Source: Cyanophora paradoxa CCMP329 (lineage: Eukaryota > Plantae > Glaucophyta). From it: a stretch of DNA of 64,000 nt. Position numbers and translations under genes: made by a program. This document shows, piece by piece, positions 1-11,400 of this stretch (position 1 is its first letter; each line of letters opens with the position of its first letter). The stretch is taken from contig QPMI01000408.1 of assembly GCA_004431415.1 (NCBI GenBank), positions 868,001 to 932,000 of the forward strand, in the 5' to 3' direction. The notes under the pieces are model-generated. The model was not told the DNA's origin. It saw only the letters and a list, made by a program, of their open reading frames with translations, and did no database searches.

Positions 1-7
1 TCGCAAA

Positions 8-1024
8 TTGGTTCCAAATCTCATGGACAAAAAGAACTATATCGTCCACATTAAGAACTTGCAGTATTACGTGAAGAAGGGTATGAGGGTTACGAAAGTG
101 CATCGTGGTGTTATTTTCGATCAATCGGAATGGTTGAAGTCTTACATTGATTTCAATACGAAACTGAGAACACGAGCAGCCAATGATTTCGAGAAGGACT
201 TCTACAAGCTCATGAATAACTCAGTTTTCGGGAAGACCATGGAAAATGTCCGAAAGCGAAGCAACATCAAGCTTTGCAGTGATCCAAAGAAGCAGCTAAA
301 ACACAATGGCAACCCATTGTTGAAGACAATGAAAATCATCAATGAGAATCTCACAGCTTTGGAGTTCTATAAGGGTTCCATTCTCTTGGACAAACCGATT
401 TATGTGGGTCAAGCCATCTTGGATCTTTCAAAACTGATCATGTATGAGTTCCACTACGACTACATCATGGTGAAGTATGGCAAGGATCGGGCAAGACTTC
501 TCATGACCGATACCGACTCGTTGTATTATGTGATTGAAACCCAGGACATCTACAAGGATATGAATGAAGATTCGCATTGGTTTGATCAATCCGATTATAG
601 CAAATCACACATTAGCTACAACCCAAAGAATAAGAAAGTTCCCGGTTTATTCAAAGACGACAGCACTGATTATCTTGTTACAGGGTTTGCAGGAATCAAG
701 CCGAAGGCATACTCTTACGAGAAAGAGTTAAATGTTAAGGCTCTTGGTCTCGATGTGGATGGGGAGAAGAAAACTGTTAAAAAGTTGAAGGGAGTTCAGA
801 GGTCAGTAGTGCAGAACAAGTTAGTGTTCCAGCAATACTACAACACTGTCATGCATCCTATGAATGAGCAAGAGCCAGTAACAGTTAGAGGCTTCCGATC
901 AAAGAACCACGAGGTAACAACGCAGGAAATGAAGAAACGGGCATTTAATGCGCTCGATACTAAGAGGTATCTTTGTGATGATCTCTACAATACTCTTGCG
1001 ATTGGACACTATCGCTCGCGTTAG
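8..1024 (+). CDS. protein-primed family B DNA polymerase, C-terminal part (5' end outside window)
   Basis: Motifs KLMNNSVFGKTMENVR, MTDTDSL, GLFKD, KLKGV, DTKRY; same clade as the pPolBs at 28078 and 52146. Confidence 0.93.
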   Translation: MVPNLMDKKNYIVHIKNLQYYVKKGMRVTKVHRGVIFDQSEWLKSYIDFNTKLRTRAANDFEKDFYKLMNNSVFGKTMENVRKRSNIKLCSDPKKQLKHNGNPLLKTMKIINENLTALEFYKGSILLDKPIYVGQAILDLSKLIMYEFHYDYIMVKYGKDRARLLMTDTDSLYYVIETQDIYKDMNEDSHWFDQSDYSKSHISYNPKNKKVPGLFKDDSTDYLVTGFAGIKPKAYSYEKELNVKALGLDVDGEKKTVKKLKGVQRSVVQNKLVFQQYYNTVMHPMNEQEPVTVRGFRSKNHEVTTQEMKKRAFNALDTKRYLCDDLYNTLAIGHYRSR

Positions 1025-1066
1025 GGTCGCTTGCGTGCCGCAAACAAAAACCCAATAGATATATAA

Positions 1067-2125
1067 ATGGATCAGGTGCTAAGCTATACCAAATACCGAC
1101 AGAAACTGATAAATGATGGTGTTAAATTTGATGAGGAAGAACTACGGAAACGTTACAGAAACCAGGAAATTGAGCAGATCTTTAAGAAACCGAAGAAACA
1201 GAAGACATTTCTAAGAATCGTTGCCCCACCAAATTCGTTCCAGGTGGACGTTATCTTTTTCAAGAACTACAAAACGGGAAATAATGGGATCGATAGGATG
1301 ATGGGATTTATCGACATACTGAGTCGGAAGGCGTTTGTGTATCCTTTTAAAATGGGTGAGTCTAAAATCGATATTTTCAATCGGTTCAAGGTCGAAGCAG
1401 GTAGGGTGAGTGCAATCGCAGGTGATAATGAGTTTTCAGCTCAAATGTATCAGAAATGGTGCGAGGAGAACAATGTCACACTTTATACAGATGTAGCTAA
1501 GAATGACCACATAACAGTAGGTGATAAATTGGGGATTATTGATAGGTTCACAAGGACATTCAAGCAGTATTTAAGAAAGGCAATTGCATCAAGTGGAAAC
1601 CCTAAGTGGACAGACTACTACAAAGAGGTTCTCGCAACCTACAACAATAGCCCTCATACTTCTTTAAAGAATGATTCCCCCAATGCAGTGTATGGTAATA
1701 GAGACAAGGAGTCATTTATATATTTCCGCGATTCCATGCATAATAAAAGTATAAGAGAAGGCATGCCTGATGTTAAAGAGGGTGATTATGTTCGTGCTGT
1801 GACAGAGAAAAAGGTGTTTGATAAGGAGGGTGCACGATACAGTAAGCAGGTATACAAGGTAGCAGGTAAAGTAGGCAATCGATTTAAATTATTGGAGGAG
1901 AACGATGGAGAGACACCGAAAGAGGTGAGTAGGAACTTTAAGTTGAATGAGTTGCAAAAGGTAGATAAGGACGCAATTGTGAAAATTCCAACCCAGAAAC
2001 GAGTGGAAAGGGTTAGCAAAACAACGAAAGTAAATAGGTTAGTTGCGAAAGAAGGGATCAAACCCAATAGGAAGGCAGTCGTGAGGAAGAGGTATAATTT
2101 GAGGAGTGGGCTTACTAAGCGATAG
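1067..2125 (+). CDS. retroviral-like (rve) integrase, Polinton type
   Basis: FQVDVIF, IDILSRKAF, AGDNEF, LGIIDRFTRT, YNNSPHTSLK, then an SH3-like GDYVR tail; directly follows pPolB. Confidence 0.9.
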   Translation: MDQVLSYTKYRQKLINDGVKFDEEELRKRYRNQEIEQIFKKPKKQKTFLRIVAPPNSFQVDVIFFKNYKTGNNGIDRMMGFIDILSRKAFVYPFKMGESKIDIFNRFKVEAGRVSAIAGDNEFSAQMYQKWCEENNVTLYTDVAKNDHITVGDKLGIIDRFTRTFKQYLRKAIASSGNPKWTDYYKEVLATYNNSPHTSLKNDSPNAVYGNRDKESFIYFRDSMHNKSIREGMPDVKEGDYVRAVTEKKVFDKEGARYSKQVYKVAGKVGNRFKLLEENDGETPKEVSRNFKLNELQKVDKDAIVKIPTQKRVERVSKTTKVNRLVAKEGIKPNRKAVVRKRYNLRSGLTKR

Positions 2126-2462
2126 GTTCCTCATCGAATTTAATTGGTTTGAATTTTTCGAATACTTCTTTATGATGAATTCCACGCATAAACCATGAGC
2201 CGTTTTCGTTATCCCATCGTGCTCCGTATGATTTAGCTTCTTCTTTTTTACTGTAAGGAACAGTGATATATACTATTTGATCTATTCCTTTTACTTCTTT
2301 GTTGGTGAGTTGTTGGAATTTCGTGAGCAGTTCGCTATCTTTCTTAGTTGTATACCAAAGGTGAGTATCAGGATCCCATCGACCACCCATTTGTTTAATC
2401 TCTTTGCGATCCTCAAAACGAGACACAATATAATAGCGTGTGGTTTTGGGTTTGGACTCCAT
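2115..2462 (-). CDS. protein with two DUF5710-like repeats
   Basis: Repeats FEDRKEIKQMGGRWDPDTHLWY and VPYSKKEEAKSYGARWDNENGSWF; ATAAAAATG start context. Confidence 0.75.
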   Translation of the reverse strand: MESKPKTTRYYIVSRFEDRKEIKQMGGRWDPDTHLWYTTKKDSELLTKFQQLTNKEVKGIDQIVYITVPYSKKEEAKSYGARWDNENGSWFMRGIHHKEVFEKFKPIKFDEEPIA

Positions 2463-2548
2463 TTTTATTGAAAGGTTTGGTAGTCTTTATATATGAGGCA
2501 GTAGTTATCGGAGAATATGGTGGAGTATCGGTGGATCGGTGGAATATT

Positions 2549-2972
2549 ACGATAAATGGTATCGTGGGGCAGAAAGTTTTTGGATTCAATGTACGACAAT
2601 CGAGAAATATGGTATACGTGTGTGTTATTTATAGAAAAATTCGTTTATGGTAAGGATTTATGAAATTCAATGAGATATGAGACGATAAATCGTATCGTGG
2701 GCAGAAAGTTTTTGGATTCAATGTACGACAATCGAGAAATATGGTATACGTGTGTGTTATTTATAGAAAAATTCGTTTATGGTAAGGATTTATGAAATTC
2801 AATGAGATATGAGACGATAAATCGTATCGTGGGGCAGAAAGTTTTTGGATTCAATGTACGACAATCGAGAAATATGGTATACGTGTGTGTTATTTATAGA
2901 AAAATTCGTTTATGGTAAGGATTTATGAAATTCAATGAGATATGAGACGATAAATCGTATCGTGGGGCAGAA
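2549..2972. repeat. 133-bp tandem repeat, 3 copies plus a partial copy (probable subterminal repeats of element A)
   Basis: Unit ACGATAAAT(G/C)GTATCGTGGGGCAGAAAG... starts at 2549, 2682, 2814 and 2947. Confidence 0.9.
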
Positions 2973-5431
2973 CGCCCAATATACCATTTTTTGCTGAGCC
3001 AGCACTATAGAATCGATGCAAGCATTTTCGAGTGGGTCTCGGACCGCAGCGCGTCGAAGTTCAAGCTCCTATTTTCAACTGAATTTGGCTTTGAACGCCG
3101 AGCCCACCTTTGCGTGGTCGATGCGCACTGCTTTCTAATTAAAGATAAGAGAACGTGCGAGATGCAGAAGTGCAGAGCCTGCGGAAAGATGCAGTATGAT
3201 TTGGCGACTCACAAGGAAACCTGCCGCTTCTGCTATACCTGCCGCTGCGCCTACAATCCGAAGGAGGACCATGCAAGCAAATGCGATGAAGCAGTGAGGA
3301 ACAAGAGCGTTATTGAACGCAAAATCAAGCCATGCGAGCCCGAGGAAGAGTTTACAGCCCTAAACTCAGTCATAGCGGCAGACTTTGAAACGTTTGCACC
3401 CAACCGCACGACCCACGTTCCGTACGCAGTCGATATGGACATAATTAGCAAAGGAGAGATCACGGAAACGAAATCGTTCTGCGGCCCCGAAACTCTGGAA
3501 CAGTTTATGCTCTGGCTTGACGACTGGAAAGAAAAGTCGACTCTAGTATTCTTCAATGGCAGCGGCTTCGACTTGATATTTATCTATAAGTGGCTTGTCC
3601 AGAACCGCCCAGACTGCCAGGTCAAGGTGATGCGCTCATCCGGAAAGATCAAGAGCATGGAGTGGAAGACGCTGGCTGGGGGAGAGTTTAAAAGCTTTGA
3701 CCCCTGTTTGCACATACAGGGCTCACTGCGGCAGGCTGGGAAGGACTACGGGTGCACCACCTTGAAAGGGGATTTTGACCACCGAAAGATAAGAGCGTGG
3801 GATGACGTTGAGATTCACAAGGAAGCCTGGAGCGAATATTTGAGAGCTGACGTTCGGTCGATGACTGAGCTGTATATTAAGTACGCTCGGACATGTTTTG
3901 ATCTGTTTGGGATCAATGTGAATTCGAAGCGCACCTTGACAGCATCGGCGATGGCTTTTCAGATCCACAGGCAGCTGATGAAAACGGAAGTGCTGCTACC
4001 GAAATACAAGGAGGACCAGATTTTTCGCAAAGCGATTTACGGAGGGCGATGCCTACCATTCAAGCGGAAGTTTGTCTCGAAGGGTCCAGATGATTACTTG
4101 GTAGATCTGGATGTGGTCTCTCTCTATCCGACGGCTATGTACTTTAATTACTTTCCCACTGGTAAATTCAAATGCATCACCGATCAAGCGGAGCTAGAGC
4201 GATTCCGCAAGTTTATGCTGAGCAGGAAAATGGAACAGCTGTTTGTTGCAAAGATTAGCGCTAAAATTCCTCAGGATCTTGTGCTCTCTCCCCTTCCCCG
4301 CCACGAAGCCAATCTGGGATGGTCTAACTTGAAGCCTATTGAGAAAGAAATGTACACCTCAGTCGATATCTACCGGGCAATAGCACTGGGAGTTGAGATC
4401 ACAGAGCTGCACGAGGTGTACTTGTTTGAGGGCAAGGAACGAATGTTCAAAGATTACATTGAGAAGCTGTACTGCATGAAAGCACGCTCACGAAAGGGAC
4501 CGCCCAGTATGCTACGGCGAAGATCCTCTTGAATGGGCTCTATGGAAAATTTGCTCAGCGTCCAGTAATTGAGACAACCGAGCTGGTCTCAAACTACAGA
4601 CGATTCAAGGAGATACAGCGATCATCGACGATTACAGACATTGACATAGAGAATGATACGAGAATGTACGTCACATTTGAGATCCCTGAGTATAGGCGGG
4701 ATGCCTGCGTTTCGAAGCCTTGCTTTGTTGGTGCATTTATCCTCTCCTACAGCCGCGAAATCATGGATCGATTTTTGGTGAGGATGAACTCATATAAGGA
4801 CGTAGAGGCAATGCCATACTACACAGATACAGATTCTATGATCGTGCACAGGAGGTTTGCTGAGCTTCTGAAGGACTGCATGAAGCAGCCATATTCAGTT
4901 GAGGGAATGTCAGAGGAGGAAGGGAATAGAATGATCTGCGAGAGCGAGCTGGGGAAACTAGATTATGACATCCAAGGGAGAATTACTGAGGCTTACTTCA
5001 TTGGCCCAAAGGTTTATTGCTGCTACTTTGTGAGGTCGAATGGGGAACCAGATCTGCATGTGCGGGCAAAGGGAATTCCGAAGAGCTGGATAGAGGAGAA
5101 CTGGCTCCCGAGTGATCCAGTGGCAAAGAAGGAATCCCTTGATAACCGAATTGCTTTGGAGGCCTTCACAAGGATGCTAGAGGAACGTTATCAGCCGCAG
5201 TGCACACTAGATTCTAAACTAGCGCGTGTTTTCAAGCCCAATGGAAAGCAACGCGATGCTGGGATCGACTTCAGCTCTATAATTCAGATTCCATTCAGCC
5301 GAATACTCAACAAAACGGAGTATACGAAACGAAAGATTATTCCTGACGAATATTACAGCACGGTTCCCCATGAATACGTTCGAGCAACAGGCGGCAGCCA
5401 AGAAGGCAACCTTGACTTTGTCGATCTCTGA
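2973..5431 (+). CDS. protein-primed family B DNA polymerase, second lineage; 5'-truncated; one frameshift near 4498
   Basis: ADFET (ExoI), FNGSGFD (ExoII), DVVSLYPTAM, KILLNGLYGKFAQ, YTDTDS, GPKVY; adding one G to the GGG run joins ORFs 2991-4532 and 4529-5431. Confidence 0.9.
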
Positions 5432-8400
5432 TGCTTACTATGATCCTGAGACAGGGCTCCAGTCAGCTGCACGGATAGCTAAGAAGCTGAAGATGCCGCT
5501 GGCAAGGGTGCAGGCAGTGCTCGCGAAGCTGTCCACAGCTCAGCGCTTTGCAAAACCGGTGAAAGAGAAGCCGTACACCAGTATCACGTATAATCACCCA
5601 GAGAAGTATTATGAAGTGGATTTGATCGATGTCAGTCCCTATGCTAGAAGCAACCGCGGAGTGCACTTCATCATGAACGCTGTGGATGTTGTAACCCGGA
5701 AAGCGTACAGCATCCCAATGAAAATAAAAGCGAGGGGACCCTGCTTTCGACACTGCGGCAGCTCATAGCAAGCTTTCCGGTGAAGCCCGATATCATTCAG
5801 ACGGATCAGGAATTCAAGGCTACAGCTGCAACTATGCTAGCAGCCGAGGGGATAAAGCACAATGCTGTCGAGGCGCATCGTCCGCAGGCAAATGGAAAGG
5901 TAGAGCGCTTTAATGGTACTCTGAAGCGGATCATTGCAAGATACATGGAGGCGTACGACACCGACCGATATATCGATAAGCTGCCATCCTTTCTGCGCAA
6001 CTATAACAGCTCCGAGCATAGAGCTATTAAAACTACGCCTGATGAGGCAGCAAAGAACCCAGCACCTGTTATTGCAAGAAACGATTATCAGAGAGAGGCG
6101 TACGAGCAGCAGCACTATCTGAAAGAGGCCGAGTTCAAGGTAGGAGACTCTGTGCGCGTAAAGCTGGCGAGGAACACGTTTGATAAATCAACGAAGCCGA
6201 CGTACTCAAAAGAAGTCTATCAGATTGAAGCTATAGGAGGATTTGGCCCTCTGCTCAAGTTCAAGCTTGCTGGATACGACAAGGAGGTGAGCTACCAGCA
6301 GCTGCTGAAAGTGCCAGCAGAGACAGAGCAGCGGCGGGCTGGAAGTGCTGCACAGAATGCCCTTCGCCGTCGAAAGCAGGAGCTGAATTTGATGCAAGAG
6401 AATCTGGACAAGTCAGACATCGAAAAAAATAAGAGACTTCTCCGGGTTCAAAAGCAGCTGCTTACTGCTGGAACCAAGGTGTCGGATAGGAGGATTCCCA
6501 CCCGATTGGGCGCCCGCGCGGTCCAGCGCGGGGCCGGCTCCCTGTGCTGGAGCAGCTGTAGATGCAGGCTGGTGTATTCTCTGTGTACCCGGAAGACTAC
6601 TGACACTGTACCCCTAGGATAGGTAGAGGCAGGCCAGCGTAGGCTACCGCGAGGTAAACCTACAGGAAGAGAGACTATGCTAAGGCACCGTAGACTGCGT
6701 CAGGCACCAACTAGCTCTAGTCACTAAGTCACCGCAAGGCCAGGGAATCGAGCCATGCGACAACTCCTCTTCCGCTGACGTCGCGTCCGCGCGACGTAGC
6801 CAGTCAAACCGTGACTCGGGTCGGCATAACCGCAAGAGAGCGTCCCCAACACCGCCAATGGGTGCGCCGCTCGAGGGCACCGACAGGCCCCAAGACGAGG
6901 AACCTGAGCCACAGCCCGGGGGCAGGAATGCAGACAGCTGCAGGCCAGGGAGAAGGCCAGGTAGATCCCGTCCAGGTCGATCCCGTCCAGGTCGTCCAGG
7001 TCGTGTGCAAGGCAAGGCAGGGTGAGGATGAGCATGCATATGCGTGCGTGCGTGCGATAAGCTCGGAAAGGGCAGAAAAGCATAAAAATCGCAGAAAGTG
7101 ATACTGGCCCGAAACTCGCTCCGTACGGCGAGCACCGCAGGAGAGGGGCACGGATGGGAAGTTTCACCGCCTCGGAAGAAAACAACGAGGAGGTATCCGG
7201 GCCACCCATCAGGCCCAACGAAAGAGCGGGGCACGATAGAGTGAGCCGCCGACTACACGCCTTTCTGGGCCGTGCACCAACGAAGCCCCACTCTACCACT
7301 CCTCTGAGCTCTAGGGCCCACGCTCCAGAAAAGGGAACGAAAGTCGTCAAGGAGCCAACACGCCACCGACCCACACTTGGCCCGACAAGACAGCGCAAGT
7401 GTGATCGGCCGACGTCTCCGAGAGAGGACAAGGCTGAGGCAAAGCTGGCAAAGAAATCTGCCCCCGCACCACATCTCACCACGATCACAGCGTCGCCCTC
7501 GGCATCCCCTCCTGGGATCCTCGGCGCCGACAGTAGGGGCGAAGTATGGGTTTTGTTCAGGATGGTTGGTAGAGGTTCGCCCGTACCTCCGAGTACTCCA
7601 GTCCTCCGTCTTGACTCGCAATTGTTGACTTGAGCCTCCGATCTCGATCGCGATCCAAGGGCGGCCAGTTGTCGAGCGGCGACCGTACGCGTGGCCACGG
7701 GTGCACGCTCAGACGGCCGACCCTTGAGCCGCGCGGCGGTTAAGGGTAGCAACGTCAACGCTTCAACAATATCGATCCCGTGGCTTCACGCGCGCTAGCG
7801 TTAACGTTCCCATAGGGAATTGCGTAAGAAGCGCAGGGAGCGTAGGGAATGCATATATCTATGGCCTTGGACGAGATGGGGCGAGGACCGAGACCGAGCC
7901 CTCGTTCTCGCGGTGTGCATGGCAGCGCTTGCGCTCGGCTGCTGGCGATGAAGCCAGACGACGATGCTCAAGATGGACGTGGCCATCGTCAAGACATGGC
8001 ACGCGTGCTGGCCGCGAAACCCATCGGTCGTTCCTTAGGCCTGGTCTTCCTGTGATCTGGCTCTAGCCAGGCTCGTTGACGAGCTTGACGGACCATGATC
8101 GCAGGAAGGGGTGCTGCAGCGATCCGTGAGACTGCATGTTCACGGTGCCGAGACCCTCGAGATATTGGGAGTCCTGTTTGCGCATAGCCGCATCGTTACA
8201 CGGCATGCAGTCGGCCGCTGAGATCCGATTCCGTTCCTTAAAATGCCGCATCAGTGAGTAGTGAGAACGGTGCACTGGCCGTAGCTGGGCTCTCAAGCTC
8301 TGTCGAAACAGCACTTGCCAGTCCGTTCCGGACACGGTCACCGGCAGTGCGCGTGACAACAGGGCCTGAGGGCCGTCAGCCCCAGTAGCACCGCCACCGA

Positions 8401-11400
8401 TGGGTTTCTGAGGCGGAGGGTGGTCCGCCAAGGGCGAGACCCGGATCCCGGCAAGCCGCCGTGTGAGAAGGCCTCAGGGCGGTTGCAGTTTGGCTAGGTT
8501 CAGTCGACGTCGCTCAGCCTACGCTCAGCCTACGGACCGCAGCTCCAATCCGTAGCCGGCGCGACTGTGCATGCACACTCGAGTCTGACTCAGTGATCCC
8601 GACTCCTCTTCCGCTGAAGAGGGAAAGTCGGGGCGTGCCATGGTGGCAGGCACACGCCAATCGGGGAGGTGCTCTGGCGTCTGGCCAGGGGGCAGCCTTC
8701 TGCTGGGGCGCCGGTGTACGTACTCCTCTTCCGCTGAAGAGCGGAAGCGGGTGTCTGTGCACGTACACGTACTCCTCTTCCGCTGAAGAGCGGAAGCCGT
8801 AGCACAGCGAACTGCTCTCGATACCACCCCCCTTCGGTGAAGCACCGTCCCCGGTGCTCCACCTTCGAGGTTTCATTTGGATTTGCGAAAACTCTGGCCC
8901 TCTGGAGCCACGAGGGCCCGTGCGCGTGAATGGATCGGGGCGGCGTTATTCGCCGAAGAAATTCGCGAATGCAGCTCGAAAGTACGGTGCCATGGCGTGG
9001 CAATGCACAACCACGACCGTCTCTCTTTCCCGATCGCGAGCTGCAGCTGCTTTCTAGCTTTTAAGCTCTTCGCGATCCAAGCTCACGTGACCCGCGGATA
9101 CGGGGTCTTCGGTTTGAATTGGGCCCAGGGTGTGGCCGATCGCGATTGCGGAGGCCGGTTACGTATATGTATATGTATACGTACTACGGTAAACGCCAGG
9201 CGCATCGAAGGGCTCGTCGTTTCGCCAAGTTGCGATTAAATCGAGTGCCGCTCTGTCGGGCTCAAACACGTCGAGCGTCGAGCTCGAGGGGATCGAGGCT
9301 TGAGTGCACGCACGTCAGTCAAGCTTTCAGAACACGGCGCCGGCTTTGCATAGCATAGCGCTTGCAATCGGCTGCATGTGCCAGTGTGCCTGCGGCTTGT
9401 GGCGTTGGTCATGACCCGTGCCAGAGACAGCGCTTCCACGTTTCGCGGCTGCGGGCCAGGCGTTGCGGGCTAAACCTTCAGGGGCGCGCCACTGCCGGAA
9501 TAAGATCCTGGGTCGCCGCCGTCGGGTGCGAAATCGATAACTGTATCGAGTTCGGTCCCACGCTTATTTGTGTGCGCAAATGGCTGAGCTGCGGGGCAGA
9601 ATTTAAGGTCCGCCGCGCCACTGCCGGGAATAAGATCCCGGGCCGGCCGCAGGAGCGAAATCGCTCAGTAGCGTATCGAACTCAAGGATCACGTGCACCG
9701 AGACGGGTCCCGGGCCTGTCCGCGCGACACTGTGACGGGGCATGCACAGGCGCCGCGTCTGCGCCACGGCGCGAAACTGCGTGCGCCGAGGCACCGGGCA
9801 GAATGCGAGCTTCACCGCCACCCGAGCACGAAATTTACGGTCGAGCTTGTAGCCTATACTGTGTAGGCTATAGCTACACCTCGTTTCCATGCCGCGGCGT
9901 TGTAGTGTGATCGCGAGATTGGATCGCAGGATCGCCGTAGCGCGATCGCGAGATTGGGCCGCAGCCACGTACGCGTGCACTTCGCGTCAGAGCCACACTT
10001 CGCTGAAGGCACACGTGGTGCATTGCCGAACTTGGGGGCCGTGCAGGGCTGCTGGCCATGGCCCCGAGGGCAGGCTGGACATGGTCGCGAAATCGCCACT
10101 TTCGAATTCGAATTCGAATTTGAATTTCGGAATCCTTTGAACGCAGTCGGCCGGCCGCGGGCCTAGAATTCGAATTCGAATTCGAATTTCGGAATCCTTT
10201 GAACGCAGTCGGCCGGCCGCGGGCCTAGGCCGGAGCAGGCTTGAGTTTTGACCCGCGATCGCTCGGTATGAGTAGCGAGTTTCCGAGCCTCGCTGCGAAA
10301 ACCACGTGCGTTCAATTTTCGCGCACGTACGCGTGGACCATGATCGGTGTGATGGCATGCGCGTGCCGCAGTGCCACGGCACGTGAACGCCAGCTCAAGG
10401 CGGGTTGGACCCCATGCTGGCTGCTTCATAATCATGATCATGGCATGCGCCGGTCTACCGCCTCGCCACAGTGCGATCGCGTTTCGCGGGCCGCTGGGCA
10501 GGCTGCCAGGGCCATGTCGTGGTGCGAAAATCTAACTTTCGGCACTGCGGCAAGGCTAGCGCCACAGCTGGCGCTAGTGCAGCGAGGCCGGGCGCTGGAG
10601 CCGCTGAGTTTGCCGCGGCCGGGCGAGCCGGTGCTCAGGGTTCCAATCGGAACGGCAGCACTGCTCTTGCAATGGACGGGCTATAGCTATAGCGCTGCCA
10701 GCGCCGCTCAGCCACCCTCGCCGCAGCGTTGCAGTGCGCCGCGGCGCGCGGCTCGGCGCGGATGCGTATGCCTGTCTCGGTGCTTTCGAATTCGACGGGT
10801 ATCCAAGTGCCATGCGCGGTTCTGCACCTGTCCGACGGTCGTCCCGAATTCGAACCCCGGTCCGGTGGCTTCGAATTCGCCAGTCACCGTCCCGCGAATT
10901 GTGTGGCTACAGCTGACGGGCCGGGGCCGTCGATGCATCGATCGAGGCTTGTCCGACGGTCCGTGCCACAGCTGGCCAGGGTCCGGGCTCGAGGCTCAGG
11001 GCTGCGGCGCAGCCTCGGAGGGGACTGCAGGCACGGGCATCGAAGTCCCGTTGCTCCGCAGTGTCATCATCTGATATTGATGAAGCGGGCCGGGGGCGAG
11101 GCTCGAGCTCGCGCTGCGGCCCGACGTTTTCGCGGTGCTCATGACCAAGGCCCGAACTCACGGCCGCGCTGCGTGCGCCTTCCGGCCCGCGGGGCCAGAT
11201 GCTCAATCAGTGAGAGCGGTACTAGTGTCTCGGCGGGCTCAGCGAGCTCGCGGCCGGGCGGTTTTCGCCGCTTTTAGCCCGTAGCTTCGCCAACCTAGAG
11301 CGCCAGCCTCGAGTTCGGGCACGGCCCGGCGGCGAAGCTGAAGTTGCTGAACTCGAGCTTAGGCTTTGAGAGACAAGCTCAGAGCAGAACTCGCCGAGTC

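Larger units (their letters stand above)
1..2972 (+). mobile_element. Polinton-like virus A, right-hand fragment (runs off window start)
   Basis: AT-rich, gene-dense block: pPolB C-terminus, rve integrase, small convergent ORF, then tandem repeats resembling a subterminal region. Confidence 0.8.

Noticed and set aside
4490-5780. Programmed ribosomal frameshifting in pPolB and integrase
   Set aside because: The same single-base homopolymer pattern is inconsistent between B and C in shared genes, which favours error.
6480-6622. C-terminus of ORF 5780-6622 as integrase sequence
   Set aside because: It is read-through into the LTR; the true tail is at 16769-16875.
8595-8800. Hammerhead ribozyme (retrozyme) suggested by CTGAAGA...GAAA
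   Set aside because: There is no stem II between CTGAAGA and GAAA; the sequence folds as simple hairpins around PPT copies.
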